Origin: an uncultured Nitrospiraceae bacterium | GTDB lineage: Bacteria; Nitrospirota; Thermodesulfovibrionia; Thermodesulfovibrionales; Dissulfurispiraceae | Assembly (NCBI GenBank): GCA_963727805.1 | Contig: CAVSHF010000005.1 | Span: 352,001 to 416,000, forward strand | Direction: 5' to 3' | DNA: 64,000 nucleotides | In this document: positions 51,015-62,336 of the stretch, piece by piece | How positions within the stretch are numbered: position 1 is the first letter of the stretch | Layout of the letters: each line of letters opens with the position of its first letter | The notes under the pieces: generated by a model | The model's database searches: none | What the model was told of the DNA's origin: nothing | What the model saw: only the letters and a program-made list of their open reading frames with translations | Made by a program: the position numbers and the translations under genes

Positions 51015-51341
51015 TCATAAATCGAACATCTTTATTTTTCTAAGTAGGGTAGGATGTGAAATTCTTAATATTGCAGCGGCTCTTGTCCTATTGCCCTTTG
51101 CGTGTTCGAGGGCAACTCTTATGGCAATCTTCTCTGCTTCCTCTAAGCTCATAGGCAAATCTTGACTTTGCAAGTTTGACACCTCAGCCTTCCCCTGTTT
51201 TTCATTCGTTTCACACATACACTCAGAAACCATCTCCATTGTCAGCTCATTTCCATCGCAGAGCAGGACAGCCCTTCTTATAGGCTGGGGAGTATGAGCT
51301 GCAAGCTTGACACATTGCCGCTCGCAACAAATCATCTTCAA
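51015..51341 (-). pseudogene. C-terminal Fis-type HTH fragment of a sigma54-dependent regulator
   Basis: IRRAVLL...SLEEAEKIAI..AL...GNRTRAAAILRIS..TLLRKI; no AAA domain. Confidence 0.7.
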
Positions 51342-51712
51342 AGTATCGGGAGCACATGTTGATCAGGGGTCGACTCAAAACGTCCTACTGAAAGTCATTG
51401 AATTTACCAGTACCAGGAATTTCGTGATTACCTAAGATAACTATCAGTGTCGCTTCGTTTGTGAATCCTTGTATCACGCGGCGATCTGCAGATGAGAAAT
51501 GCGGTATAGCACCCAGTACTCAATACTTTGAGGAAGAAAAGAAACTCACGCCGCACTCTGCGCGTCGCTCGCTACGGCATCACAGGGCATTAACCCCGTG
51601 GGTCAGCACGGGTCTCCGCTACGCTCCGACGCTCCGCACCCCGACGGCATAAGGTTCCCGCAGCAGAGACTGCGGGGTATATGAGCTTAATCAAAATTTC
51701 CCTTAATACTGC

Positions 51713-52903
51713 CTAATCATAAAGCGTCCGAGAGGTCAAGTAGTACCAGCTGTCATTTATATAACTAGCAAATACTATCCTATTTCTACCTTCTTCCTTC
51801 GCTTTATAGAGGGCATCGTCAGCAGATTTTACTAAATCAATCATGGTCGTGTCCCGGGTCGGTATTATTGAAGCAACGCCGATGCTAACAGTAAGATAAT
51901 CGCTTATGCCGGACGTTTCATGCGGGATCTTCAGTGCCTCGACGTCCATACATATCTTTGTCGCGAAACGTATCGCTTTTTGCTCCTCCTGCATGGAAAA
52001 TATAACCGCAAATTCTTCGCCACCAAAACGAGCAGCTATATCTCCGTGGCGCTGTGCATCGCGCTTCAGGGTCTTTGCGACCTGCCGCAAGCTTTCATCA
52101 CCCTTCAGATGGCCGTAAGTATCATTGTATCTCTTGAATTGGTCTACGTCTATCATCATCAGTGATATTTTATACTCGCCTCGCTGAGCACGCTTCCATT
52201 CATCGTCCAGAGAGACGTCAAAAGCACGCCTGTTTGAAATGCCGGTCAGGCTGTCAAGCGTTGATGAACGCCACAGTAGTTCTTCCGCCTGTTTGCGCTC
52301 GGTGATGTCGTGATAGATTGCCGAAGCACCCGTGATCTTTCCGGAAGCATCCTTAATCGGTGACATCGTCAAAGACACATCTATCAAGGTGCCGTCCTTT
52401 TTCATGCGCACTGTTTCATAGCTCTCGACGCATTGTCCATTGACGATCCTTGAAATGATAACAGGGGTTTCGTCGGAATGATCTGGTGGAACCAGCAGTG
52501 AGATATAACGGCCTGCAACCTCCTCTTTGGTATAGCCGTAGAGCCTTTGCGCACCCGAGTTCCAAGTCGCTATAATTCCTTCGAGGCTTTGACTAATAAT
52601 GGCGTCATCTGAGAATTCGACGATTGAAGCCAGTACTGCCAGTTCGCTCGCCAATCGTATTAACAGGCGGCCGATAATAAAAGCAACTATTAGGGAGACA
52701 GTAGCCGCAGAGATCACAAAATCAGAAGTGACCTCCCCATAGAAATAAATACTGCAGGGCACTACCAGGATCTCCGCAAGGATAACCGCACACAACATTG
52801 AGAAGAAAAGAAGAGGCAACGGCCTCACCTTGGTCAGCCGACTGATAAGAAGCTTTTCGATATCAGCCATTGAACGCATGTGATATAATGTTTCCTCTCT
52901 CAC
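51713..52903 (-). CDS. Membrane PAS-GGDEF diguanylate cyclase
   Basis: 2 TMs, PAS, DSLTGISNRR, RFGGEEF. Confidence 0.92.
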   Translation of the reverse strand: MREETLYHMRSMADIEKLLISRLTKVRPLPLLFFSMLCAVILAEILVVPCSIYFYGEVTSDFVISAATVSLIVAFIIGRLLIRLASELAVLASIVEFSDDAIISQSLEGIIATWNSGAQRLYGYTKEEVAGRYISLLVPPDHSDETPVIISRIVNGQCVESYETVRMKKDGTLIDVSLTMSPIKDASGKITGASAIYHDITERKQAEELLWRSSTLDSLTGISNRRAFDVSLDDEWKRAQRGEYKISLMMIDVDQFKRYNDTYGHLKGDESLRQVAKTLKRDAQRHGDIAARFGGEEFAVIFSMQEEQKAIRFATKICMDVEALKIPHETSGISDYLTVSIGVASIIPTRDTTMIDLVKSADDALYKAKEEGRNRIVFASYINDSWYYLTSRTLYD

Positions 52904-53345
52904 TCAGCGGCATAATGACCGGCGTATGATTTTTATTGCTAATGTCATGTGTGCGGTATTTTAGTGACTGAAAACACAGGTCGACCTGCCAAAAAGGTAG
53001 AGACTTCGAAGACACTAAAATGCTGACAAATATTAAGACCTTTCCTAACAGCTCTCTTTCTTTGTCGATGGCCGCAGCGGTTGGGATACAACCTACAGTA
53101 CTTGTTGAGATTACCTGTTGGTGGGATAAGTCTACGATAGAAACCGAATTGGAAAGCTCGTTTGCAACTACTGCCTTGTTCGTATACTGGTTAATCGCGA
53201 CGCTGTTAGGACCGAACCCGACAGGAATGTCGACCGCCTCTGCCTGAGAGTATCCAAACGGATTGATAAGGAAGAAGATAGATAAAACCAGAACTAATGG
53301 AATACCATTGACAACAGATTTCGTGGAAGCCCTCCGATGCGGCAT
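52863..53345 (-). pseudogene. YVTN/YncE beta-propeller fragment
   Basis: Signal peptide, IPVGFGP, VANELSNSVSIVD, then degenerates. Confidence 0.6.
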
Positions 53346-53880
53346 TGTTTATAGTTCTGTCTATTTAGAATGCTTAGGTCTGATGCTCAATCCGACAGTC
53401 CCCAAAAAGGCCGCACTACCAAAGGCTAAACCTTCAGCAGCGCGGCCCTTTAAATCGAAAAGGTCAATCGCTCTCTGGCCCCTCCGCAGAAGGCTACAAC
53501 TCAGATAAGTTATAATAAATCTACAACGCTCCCAAGAGTAGCATAGTATTTTTGTCATTGTCAAGAACGCGTGACTATTTTCATTATTGCAAAATCAATG
53601 AGATACATTTACTTTTATCGCGCAAAGGTCTGTATTATGTGTAAAAACAAATTCCATATTCTTGACATCTCGATGTCCCTGAGGATGGCCTTGCAAGATT
53701 GTCGGACGCCCCGTTTCTATCTCCTTCGCTTACGCATGAAAAGCTTTATTTAAACATTCGCTCTGGCAAGCATGCAAGTCAATAAATGATTCACCTGCGA
53801 GTCAGCATGATGTTCAGCATGTTAAACTATTAAACTAATTCTTCTGGTTAGTAAGATTGCCACGACGACTAGAGACACGG

Positions 53881-56274
53881 TTAGCGAATTGACTTTATTA
53901 ACCAGTCCGAACTCAGGAAATTTTCTACGACTTCTGGGTCAAAATGTATCCCTGCCTGCTTGCGTATATATTCCAAGGTTTTCTCTTTTGTCCATGCCGA
54001 ACGATATGGCCGGTCGGATAGTAGCGCGTCAAATACATCCACAACTGAGAAAATGCGAGCTGCAAGGGGAATCGGATCACCCTTCAGACCGCGTGGGTAA
54101 CCCGTTCCATCCCATTTTTCATGGTGACAATATGGAATATCAATTGCCTTTCTAAGGAACGAAATAGGAGAGAGTATTTCGTATGCTATAATTGGATGTT
54201 TTTTCATGATTTCCATCTCTTCATCGGTTAGCTTGCCGGGTTTAAGCAGGATACCATCCGGGACGCCGAGTTTCCCGATGTCATGTAACAGTGCACCTCT
54301 ACGGATCTGTACCAGATCTTCATCGCCAATGCCCATTGATTGAGCCATCTTTACTGTCATCTCAGTGACACGTTGTGAATGACCTTCTGTCTCTTTATCG
54401 CGGTAATCGAGGGCACGAGACCATCCTTCCAGAGTAGTGTCATATGCAAGAGCAAGCTCAGTATTAGAGCGTTCAAGTTCATTAAACATCTCTGCATTGT
54501 CTATGGCAATCGCCGATTGAACCCCCAGGGCTTCTAAGAAGTCCAGCCACTCTTGGTCAGCGTTGATAGCGGCGCGATGGAAGATTTCGAGTACTCCTTT
54601 TATATGCCCTTTGGAGCTGAGCGGGACGGCAAAGTATTCGACAAATCCTTCATTAGTCAAGAGTGGAGAGCGTGCAAACCCATCTTTACACACTGATAGA
54701 TCTCGGACTCGAACGGTGCGTTTTTCATGGGCAGCAACGCCAGCGTGACCTTCGCCAAGTCTTAACCGGGTGTGTCTCAAGGCGCTGGTGTTGAAGCCAC
54801 GTCCATCGACGTATTCCAAAGTTTGTGTATATGGATTGAGGAGGAGGATATCGCAAGCATCCACATGTAATTGATTAGCTACTTCGTTGAGGATAATCTT
54901 GATGCTGATGCGCATGTCAAGGCTTGAAGTAATAGCCATGTCGATGTTACGGAGGGCTGAAAGTCTTTGCATTTGAGTCTCAATTTGCTGCTCTGCCTTC
55001 TTGCGTCCGGTGACGTCCCTGACTATGTGTATCATACCAACCACGTGCTGACGGCTGTCAAACCGAGGGATGGCACTTATCTCAATGAACTTATTCAGGT
55101 GGGGTTCGAACGTTTCAGATGTGTTCGGCTCTCCTGTTAAGAAGCATTGGCAGCTCGGACATTCCTTGGGTGGAGAGCCTGTGCCATGGTAATGCTCATA
55201 ACATTTTGCTCTCGAAACTTCCAGACAAGGAAGACCGAGTATCTTTTCGGCGGCCTTGTTTGACCGTATGATATTGAAGTCCTTGTCATGGACGGTGATC
55301 ATGTCAGTTATGGTGTTAAACGTTTCTTCCCAGTCATGCGAAATTTGAAAGACCTTTTCTTCCATTTTTTTCCGTTCTGAGATGTCGGCAATTATTGCTA
55401 CCAGTGCCTTGAGCTTCCCTTCGGGTCCCTCTACTCTCCTAGCAGAAACATAGCCCCAGAAATCGCTTCCATCTTTTCGAACGTAATGCCGCTCGGTGCT
55501 GACACTATCAATCTCTCCAGTTATATGTCGCCTCATGGTTTTTTCAGCAATCGCTCTCTCCGATGAATGCAAATGCTTAGAATAGTAAGTGCCGATAAAT
55601 TCAGAAAGCGCATAGCCGAGCATTTCCGCCATACGTTGGTTGGCAAAAATTAATTTCCCTTCGGAATCAAATAGGACAATGCCTGCCAATGAAGTCTCAA
55701 AGATTATTCGCAGCTCCTCCTCTCTCTCTTGCAACGACTCCTCAGCACGCTTTCGCTCAGAGATGTCTTGCAGAGTTTCGATAACTGCAACCATCTCGCC
55801 TTTTGTATTCAGAATAGGTGATGCGTCAAAAATGATATATCTGTTCCGCCCATTTAAGTTCTGATACCAGCCTTCTGACTGTAATCCATTTTTCAGCAGG
55901 GTAGACTGCGCATATTTGCCGTAGAGCGAACCCATGTCGTCGAAAGTACCATCAATTATGATATCTGCAAGTACCGGACGTTTATGCGTATAAAATGGTT
56001 TCCATTGATGATCTGTATCTTTCATATAAGAGGCTGGAATACCTGTAAGTTCTTCGCATGCTCTGTTCCATAGAACAACCTTATGATGCCGATTCAGAAC
56101 AAACGTGGCTACCGCTGAATTCTCTATTAATTCTTCTGTGAACCGCTCCTGTTCCTTTATAGATTCTTCCTCGTACTTCCGTTCTGTGTTCCTGGGCTCC
56201 AAATGAGCGATATTCCCGCGAAGAGTTATCAATTCATCGATGAGTTGTTTTTTCGTTTTAGCTTTATCTTCCAT
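53881..56274 (-). CDS. PAS-PAS-PAS-GAF-HD-GYP phosphodiesterase
   Basis: TEGHSQRV, LHDIGK, HHEKWDGTGYP. Confidence 0.95.
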   Translation of the reverse strand: MEDKAKTKKQLIDELITLRGNIAHLEPRNTERKYEEESIKEQERFTEELIENSAVATFVLNRHHKVVLWNRACEELTGIPASYMKDTDHQWKPFYTHKRPVLADIIIDGTFDDMGSLYGKYAQSTLLKNGLQSEGWYQNLNGRNRYIIFDASPILNTKGEMVAVIETLQDISERKRAEESLQEREEELRIIFETSLAGIVLFDSEGKLIFANQRMAEMLGYALSEFIGTYYSKHLHSSERAIAEKTMRRHITGEIDSVSTERHYVRKDGSDFWGYVSARRVEGPEGKLKALVAIIADISERKKMEEKVFQISHDWEETFNTITDMITVHDKDFNIIRSNKAAEKILGLPCLEVSRAKCYEHYHGTGSPPKECPSCQCFLTGEPNTSETFEPHLNKFIEISAIPRFDSRQHVVGMIHIVRDVTGRKKAEQQIETQMQRLSALRNIDMAITSSLDMRISIKIILNEVANQLHVDACDILLLNPYTQTLEYVDGRGFNTSALRHTRLRLGEGHAGVAAHEKRTVRVRDLSVCKDGFARSPLLTNEGFVEYFAVPLSSKGHIKGVLEIFHRAAINADQEWLDFLEALGVQSAIAIDNAEMFNELERSNTELALAYDTTLEGWSRALDYRDKETEGHSQRVTEMTVKMAQSMGIGDEDLVQIRRGALLHDIGKLGVPDGILLKPGKLTDEEMEIMKKHPIIAYEILSPISFLRKAIDIPYCHHEKWDGTGYPRGLKGDPIPLAARIFSVVDVFDALLSDRPYRSAWTKEKTLEYIRKQAGIHFDPEVVENFLSSDWLIKSIR

Positions 56275-56566
56275 GCGTACCTATCAAAAAAAGAGTGCTG
56301 CTTATACGGAGCTTCGATTATAGAGCAACCTTATTACATCAGCGTAGAAAAACAATGCCGCAAAAAGGAGCAACAGTCAGTGAAAGCGCAGTGCTTTAAT
56401 ATTGCAACTTCTTCTCATCGTAATCTCAGCATATCGGTCCTTCTACGAAGTCTGTTTTTTTGCGGTAGAAGAATATCGCGTACCCAACAATTCTAAGCAC
56501 AAATATAGTAGTCATCTACATTTTTCCCGTCGGTGCTTCGATAACAATGAGCAGTTATGCGTGAAC

Positions 56567-56812
56567 CTAAAAATGGACTTCTCTTTTCCCGCATATTGTT
56601 CCACGTCGCATCATATTGTTCGGCAATAAACCAATCACCCTCAGATGTTTTACCCTCTTTTTTTCTGTTTTGGCAGTTTCCTGAACTTTATATAATAGAC
56701 TGCATACCTCTACGGGTTCCAAGGATTCGCTTTCTCCTGCAGGCTGTCGGTATACATAGGCACCTATGCCTATGCCAATTATAGTAATGCCAAATAGTAT
56801 CAGATAGAACAT
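56567..56812 (-). CDS. Hypothetical small membrane protein
   Basis: AAGGA RBS and N-terminal TM only. Confidence 0.35.
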   Translation of the reverse strand: MFYLILFGITIIGIGIGAYVYRQPAGESESLEPVEVCSLLYKVQETAKTEKKRVKHLRVIGLLPNNMMRRGTICGKREVHF

Positions 56813-57298
56813 GAATTGTTGTCCTTTCTATTATTCTCGGCAAAAATCAGAATTTCTTGAAAATGGGTAGTAAGGTCTGTTCGTACACCTCAAGCCACTT
56901 GTGACACGTTCTTCCCGGAACTCAACACCTCTGGTGAAATGTCCTCGGTTAGGAGTATCAAGTGGACAGCGCATCCTTGCCAGAGAGGGCACGCCTCCCG
57001 ATTACAGGAAGAACATCTCCGTGCATAGTTCGGCTAGAAGTCAGATGCCGAAGTTGGCGGTTTTACTCAAAATAAATGAGGTGTCCGAACTGCGCTGGAA
57101 TATCCAGGTATGTCAGCTTGATAAAACAAGCAGGCCACAAAGGGGCGTACAACTCACCATTCTCCCCCCACCTCGACCATATATCTTTACCGATGGCGCA
57201 CAGGAAGGTTTTAAATAGTTATAATATCAACAGGATGAAAGTTTGCAAACAGGATGAATTTTGTTATTGTAATGAAGGATGGAAATGGGGAGGATTCA

Positions 57299-58927
57299 AT
57301 GAGATGGTTTAATGATTTGAGCGTAAGCCGAAAACTGATAGGGGTCTTCAGTCTGATTTTCATTTTGGTCGGATTTGCATCCGGCTTTACTTTGCTTCAA
57401 TTGAAGAATATAAATGGAGATATCAAGAATATAATTAAGAATCAATATGAAAAGACATCAAACTTGAACGAATGGAAGGTTAATGTCCTTAAGATAGCAG
57501 GGCGTTCACGGGAGGCATTGCTGTTTGCCGAGAAAGAACAGTTGGATGCTGGGATAAAAAGGATCGAGGATTCTCAGATAATTATAGTCGACAAATCGAA
57601 ATCCCTCGAACAAACAGTCAAGGATGACGAGGGAAAGAAATTGCTCTCTCAACTGTTAACGGCAAAAAAAGATTATGATCCTCTGGTTGAAACGGTGTTT
57701 AAGCTTATGAGGGAAGGGAAAAAACAGGATGCGCTATCTTTTATTACAGAGGATTTTAACGCTGCCCAAAAGATATATCTGGATAGTTTGGATGCGAACA
57801 TCGCTTTTCAGAAAAGCGTGATGGACGTTATCGAAAGGGATGCTGACAAGCGGATCATTAATACTTTTCTAATCCTTTTTTTGATTGGCGCCATTTTCAT
57901 AATAGTAAGTGTTGCAACGGTGCTTATTTTGAAGAAAGGGATAGCGGGCCCACTTTCGCGGGGGGTTGTCCTGGCCGAGGCTATTGCATCGGGTGACCTG
58001 ACGAAAGAATTCACCACAGAGAGAAAAGATGAGGTAGGGGGTTTACTGAAGGCTTTTGAGAAAATGAGACGGAAGTTAAGGGAGAATATTCACCGTGTTT
58101 CGGAAACGTCCAATCTTCTTGCCATGACATCCGAAGAGTTATCATCTGCTGCAAGTCAAATCACCGGTAATATAAACGAGCAGGAGTCAATGGCGAACCA
58201 GATAGCTACGGCATCTGCCGAGATGTCACAAACAGTAATAGATGTTGCGAAGAACGCTTCCAATATCGCAGAGTCTGCAACGGAGACAGCCCGGATAGCA
58301 GAAGACGGCTCTTTAATTGTCAACGATACGGTAAGTAAGGTCAGGCAGATATCCGAAACCGTTGCGGCGTCAGCGCAACTCATGTCTTCTCTCGGCATTC
58401 GGTCAATGCAGATAGGCGAAATTATCAATGTCATAAAGGATATAGCCGATCAGACCAACCTGCTCGCGCTCAATGCAGCGATTGAGGCTGCCAGGGCTGG
58501 TGAACAGGGGAGAGGCTTTGCAGTTGTAGCTGATGAAGTTAGGAAGCTCGCTGAGAGGACCACAAAGGCTACAGCGGAAATAGGGGATATGATAAACGCT
58601 GTGCAGGATGAAACAAAGAGGGCTGTTTCAGCAATGGAAGAGGGCTCTGAAGAGGTTGAAAAGGGAGTGGCCCTCGCCACGCGGGCAGGAGAAGCGCTTG
58701 GGAAGATAGTTGAAAGTGTTAACGGATTACAGGCAATGGTGCAGCAGATTGCGACAGCGACGGAAGAAATGTCCGCAGTATCGGAAACTATAAGTCAGGA
58801 TATAGAGCGCATTGCGAACGCATCAAAAGAAACAAACGATACTGCTGCCAAAATGACGGACACATCGTTAAACCAGGCCAAATTATCACTCGATTTGAAG
58901 GATGCAATCATGGGGTTTAGATTATGA
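57299..58927 (+). CDS. Methyl-accepting chemotaxis protein (4HB sensor, HAMP)
   Basis: [34 protein letters not shown]. Confidence 0.96.
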   Translation: MRWFNDLSVSRKLIGVFSLIFILVGFASGFTLLQLKNINGDIKNIIKNQYEKTSNLNEWKVNVLKIAGRSREALLFAEKEQLDAGIKRIEDSQIIIVDKSKSLEQTVKDDEGKKLLSQLLTAKKDYDPLVETVFKLMREGKKQDALSFITEDFNAAQKIYLDSLDANIAFQKSVMDVIERDADKRIINTFLILFLIGAIFIIVSVATVLILKKGIAGPLSRGVVLAEAIASGDLTKEFTTERKDEVGGLLKAFEKMRRKLRENIHRVSETSNLLAMTSEELSSAASQITGNINEQESMANQIATASAEMSQTVIDVAKNASNIAESATETARIAEDGSLIVNDTVSKVRQISETVAASAQLMSSLGIRSMQIGEIINVIKDIADQTNLLALNAAIEAARAGEQGRGFAVVADEVRKLAERTTKATAEIGDMINAVQDETKRAVSAMEEGSEEVEKGVALATRAGEALGKIVESVNGLQAMVQQIATATEEMSAVSETISQDIERIANASKETNDTAAKMTDTSLNQAKLSLDLKDAIMGFRL

Positions 58928-59407
58928 CAGCATGGAGATAATTCTAGGGACACTATTCTATGACAAAGAGTATACCATGAAAGATTTGTTCAGTGTTAGC
59001 AGGATTGGGTTGATAATCATTCGCGTGGCCAGTGCCTGAACTTTGATGATTAGAAAATAACTATCTTACCAGCAGTGTCGAGTGCTTCCTAGTATCACGC
59101 TGTGATCGGCATTGTTGATAAATCAGATGCGCACTGAGTATAAATACTTTCAAGAACCCAAACCCACGTCACGAGCAGAATCGAAAAATGAACGTTTTTG
59201 GCAAGATCTGGTGGCGTCAGTTATATAGTAGCCCGCAGTATCCCTGGAAATCGCACTTGCATTAGAGCCTCTGCAAAGTGAACGTCCGATCCTGTTCACA
59301 TTCTTTCATAATCTCTTCATTGCCAGTTCATAGTTATCTGGTAAACTCGAATCAGATTAGAAAAGAGGTTTTACCTCGACAAATCATATTAACATTAGGA
59401 AGCTATC

Positions 59408-59752
59408 ATGAAAAAGATAATCGGCACGATTCTCACGGGAAGCATCGTATGTATGTTCGCAGTCGCCCCAGCATTCGCCGCAAATAACGATCCCGGCATC
59501 GACCAGAGGGAGGTCAACCAGCAGAACAGGATTAACCAGGGGGTACAGAGTGGCCAGTTGACACCGAAGGAAACCGGCAAACTCGAAGCTCAACAGGCGA
59601 GGATCCAGCAGAGAGAAGATCGCATGGCGGCCAAAGATGGCGGCAACCTCACAGCAAAAGACAAAGCAAAACTCACTAAGCAACAGAACAAGGCTAGCAA
59701 AAATATCTATAAAAAGAAACACAACGACAAGACGGCAAACGTCGGCAAATAA
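59408..59752 (+). CDS. Small secreted helical protein
   Basis: Signal peptide AFA; QQNRINQGVQSGQLT and DGGNLT repeats. Confidence 0.8.
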   Translation: MKKIIGTILTGSIVCMFAVAPAFAANNDPGIDQREVNQQNRINQGVQSGQLTPKETGKLEAQQARIQQREDRMAAKDGGNLTAKDKAKLTKQQNKASKNIYKKKHNDKTANVGK

Positions 59753-59894
59753 AGCCGGCGATGGAGCGTGCGAATAAGAGATAATTGGTATCGGGGGCGA
59801 GTCAGACCGGACATATAGAGTCTAATCCGCTCATTAATTGGTGGCATATCGCCAGAATAAGTATACATCCATTGGTAATACTGAGGTGTATTAA

Positions 59895-60089
59895 ATGACC
59901 AAATGTCCCATCTGCCATAAGACCTACTGGTACGATAGCACAGAGAAGTGCGACTATTGTGATGGCACGACTTTCATTGGGCTAAGAAGATGTTCTAAGT
60001 GCAATAATGGACAAGTTTCGATCCGCAAGCCCTGCATGATTTGTAATCCTAAAGAGGAGATAAAGGATAGGCAGACTATAATTTATTGA
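59895..60089 (+). CDS. Small DnaJ-like zinc-finger protein
   Basis: Four CxxC (CPIC, CDYCDG, CSKCNNG, CMIC); GAGGTG RBS. Confidence 0.6.
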   Translation: MTKCPICHKTYWYDSTEKCDYCDGTTFIGLRRCSKCNNGQVSIRKPCMICNPKEEIKDRQTIIY

Positions 60090-60196
60090 CTATGACCTTG
60101 CCTATCTCTTTGGATACCGGATAATATTATTGAGAACTCTTTTTTGAGGGCTCCAAAATTTGATCACATGCATCATATATTTGACAGGAGAATCAC

Positions 60197-62068
60197 ATGA
60201 AGATTATTAAAGCTGTTTTGCTAGCGACAGTGCTGCTTTTGGTGCCGGGCTACGCCTTAGCTTCGAACTTTGGCTATATGCGAATAAGTCTCATTGAGGG
60301 TGACGTCCAGGTAAAGACACCCGAAGCAGGAGACTGGGGGCCCGCATCGATAAACGGACCGCTTGCCGAAGGTGATCAGATTTGGGTGCCAGAGGGAGGC
60401 AGAGTCGAACTTCAGTTGAACACTGGCTCATTTATCAGACTAGATCAGTATTCGTCACTCCAGGTATTGTCTATGGATAAGGACTCATCCCAGTTCTATC
60501 TCTCTCAGGGATATGCGTACATATTTTATGTTGCCCAAAGGGGAAGCGTAATCCAGGTCGATACTCCAGATGCGTCCACCCGAGCTTACGACAGGGCAAT
60601 TTTCAGAGTTGACACATCAGAGCAATACAGCGATGTGTCGGTCTACAAGGGCTATGTGGAAACGGAGAACCAGCTTGGAAAGACAAGGATAAATGCCGGT
60701 GATGTGCTGGTTCTTGGGCAAGACACTAATGGAGAGGTTGCGCCTATGGGTCCTCCCGATGAGTGGGAAAGATGGAACAAGACGAGAAATGACTACATCT
60801 TTGCAAGAAATGATATTAGTTCCCATTATCTTCCTGCGGAACTCAGAGTTTATTCTTCCGATTTTAACAATAGCGGTAGATGGGTACAGGTACCCGATTA
60901 CGGGTATTGTTGGATTCCCACGGTTGGTGTCTATACGGATTGGGCCCCTTACAGAAATGGCAGATGGATATGGAGAGGCGACGAATACGTCTGGGTTGGT
61001 AACGAGACATGGGGATGGACTCCGTATCATTATGGCAGATGGGCATTCGTGAATAGTGTGGGCTGGTGCTGGGTGCCGCCGGCAAGTGGCGATGTTTACT
61101 GGAGTCCCGGATATGTCGGATGGGTCAGGACAGGAGATTATGTTGCCTGGGTTCCACTGGCACCAAGAGAAACGTATTACGGCCGCGGGTATTACGGCCC
61201 TCACAGTGTGAACATCATCAATGTAAATATCGGCCAGATCAGCGTCACGAATGTATACAAGAATGTATATGTTAACAATGGCGCTACAGTCGTCAATCGC
61301 AGCACATTCAATACGGCTTCGCCGACCATTGTAAATGTGCATCAGAACGTAATACAGCAGAATATATTCGTAAGAAATAATATCAGTGTGGGCGGACCTC
61401 AGATACAACCGTCAAAGGCAAGCTACTTTGGATCTGATAAGCATATCGCACCTGCAAAACTTCCACCGCAGGATGTCAGAAACCTTTCAGTGAGACAACT
61501 AAAAGAGTCTCGTCCGTATACAAAAGATCCGGGCAGATCCGTCCTGAATCACGGTTCCAGAACGGAGACACTGCCGGTGAGCAAGGTAGCAGCTCCGCGG
61601 ATAGTGCACGAGGGTAAACCCACTATTCGACAGGTACGGCCTGCTGAGACGGGAAAGCCCGCAGGTTCACCAGCGCCAATAGGCGAAAGGCCTCAAGTGA
61701 AGCCACAGGAGAAGGGACAACCTTCAGGCTTACCAGCACCAATGGGCGAAAAGCCTCAAGTGAAGCCACAGGAGAAGGGACAACCTTCAGGCTTACCGGC
61801 GCCAATGGGCGAAAAGCCTCAAGTGAAGCCACAGGAGAAGGGACAACCTTCAGGCTTACCGGCGCCAATGGGCGAAAAGCCTCAAGTGAAGCCACAGGAG
61901 AAGGGGAAACCCGCAAGCTCACCGACACCTCAAGGGAAGAAGCCTCAAGTGAAACCACAGGAGAAGGGGAAACCCGCAAGCTCACCGACACCTCAAGAGA
62001 AGAAGCCTGTTGTGTCTGAGAAGGAACGGAAAGGTCCAAAAGAGAATATAGAAGAACGCGACAGATAA
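60197..62068 (+). CDS. FecR-domain/DUF6600-like secreted protein with Pro/Lys-rich tail
   Basis: Signal peptide, FecR-like N-terminus, WAPYRNGRW and WGWTPYHYGRW motifs. Confidence 0.85.
   Translation: MKIIKAVLLATVLLLVPGYALASNFGYMRISLIEGDVQVKTPEAGDWGPASINGPLAEGDQIWVPEGGRVELQLNTGSFIRLDQYSSLQVLSMDKDSSQFYLSQGYAYIFYVAQRGSVIQVDTPDASTRAYDRAIFRVDTSEQYSDVSVYKGYVETENQLGKTRINAGDVLVLGQDTNGEVAPMGPPDEWERWNKTRNDYIFARNDISSHYLPAELRVYSSDFNNSGRWVQVPDYGYCWIPTVGVYTDWAPYRNGRWIWRGDEYVWVGNETWGWTPYHYGRWAFVNSVGWCWVPPASGDVYWSPGYVGWVRTGDYVAWVPLAPRETYYGRGYYGPHSVNIINVNIGQISVTNVYKNVYVNNGATVVNRSTFNTASPTIVNVHQNVIQQNIFVRNNISVGGPQIQPSKASYFGSDKHIAPAKLPPQDVRNLSVRQLKESRPYTKDPGRSVLNHGSRTETLPVSKVAAPRIVHEGKPTIRQVRPAETGKPAGSPAPIGERPQVKPQEKGQPSGLPAPMGEKPQVKPQEKGQPSGLPAPMGEKPQVKPQEKGQPSGLPAPMGEKPQVKPQEKGKPASSPTPQGKKPQVKPQEKGKPASSPTPQEKKPVVSEKERKGPKENIEERDR
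61654..62006 (+). repeat. 63-bp coding tandem repeat (~5.5 copies)
   Basis: CCTCAAGTGA at 61691, 61754, 61817, 61880, 61943. Confidence 0.92.
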
Positions 62069-62080
62069 ACAAATCGCACT

Positions 62081-62111
62081 TAAGGGAGAGGGTACATTGC
62101 CTCTCCCTTAG
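62081..62111. terminator. Hairpin between convergent genes
   Basis: TAAGGGAGAGG...CCTCTCCCTTA. Confidence 0.6.
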
Positions 62112-62336
62112 GCCCAAACTTCTACTGACAACAATCAGTCCCGCCAGTGCCAGAAATATGATGACTTGCGAAATAATCTATCGTGACTGCTTTGTCGATT
62201 GAATATTTGTAACACGCAGCGATCTGCATCGCTGCGTGATGTGATGTCCAACTGGAAGTGCCCATGAATTAATGACCACGACCAACCCATAACTGTCATT
62301 TTTTGTACTCGGGGCGACAGGGATCTTAATTAGGCT

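Noticed and set aside
56900..57220. 105-aa ORF or structured RNA upstream of the MCP
   Set aside because: No RBS, motif or extended pairing that I can support
60617..61408. Long antisense ORFs (also 20782-21573, 13584-14318, 42576-43211)
   Set aside because: Shadows of well-supported genes on the opposite strand
61654..62006. Possible CRISPR array
   Set aside because: Units are fully repeated in-frame coding sequence with no unique spacers; no cas genes in the window
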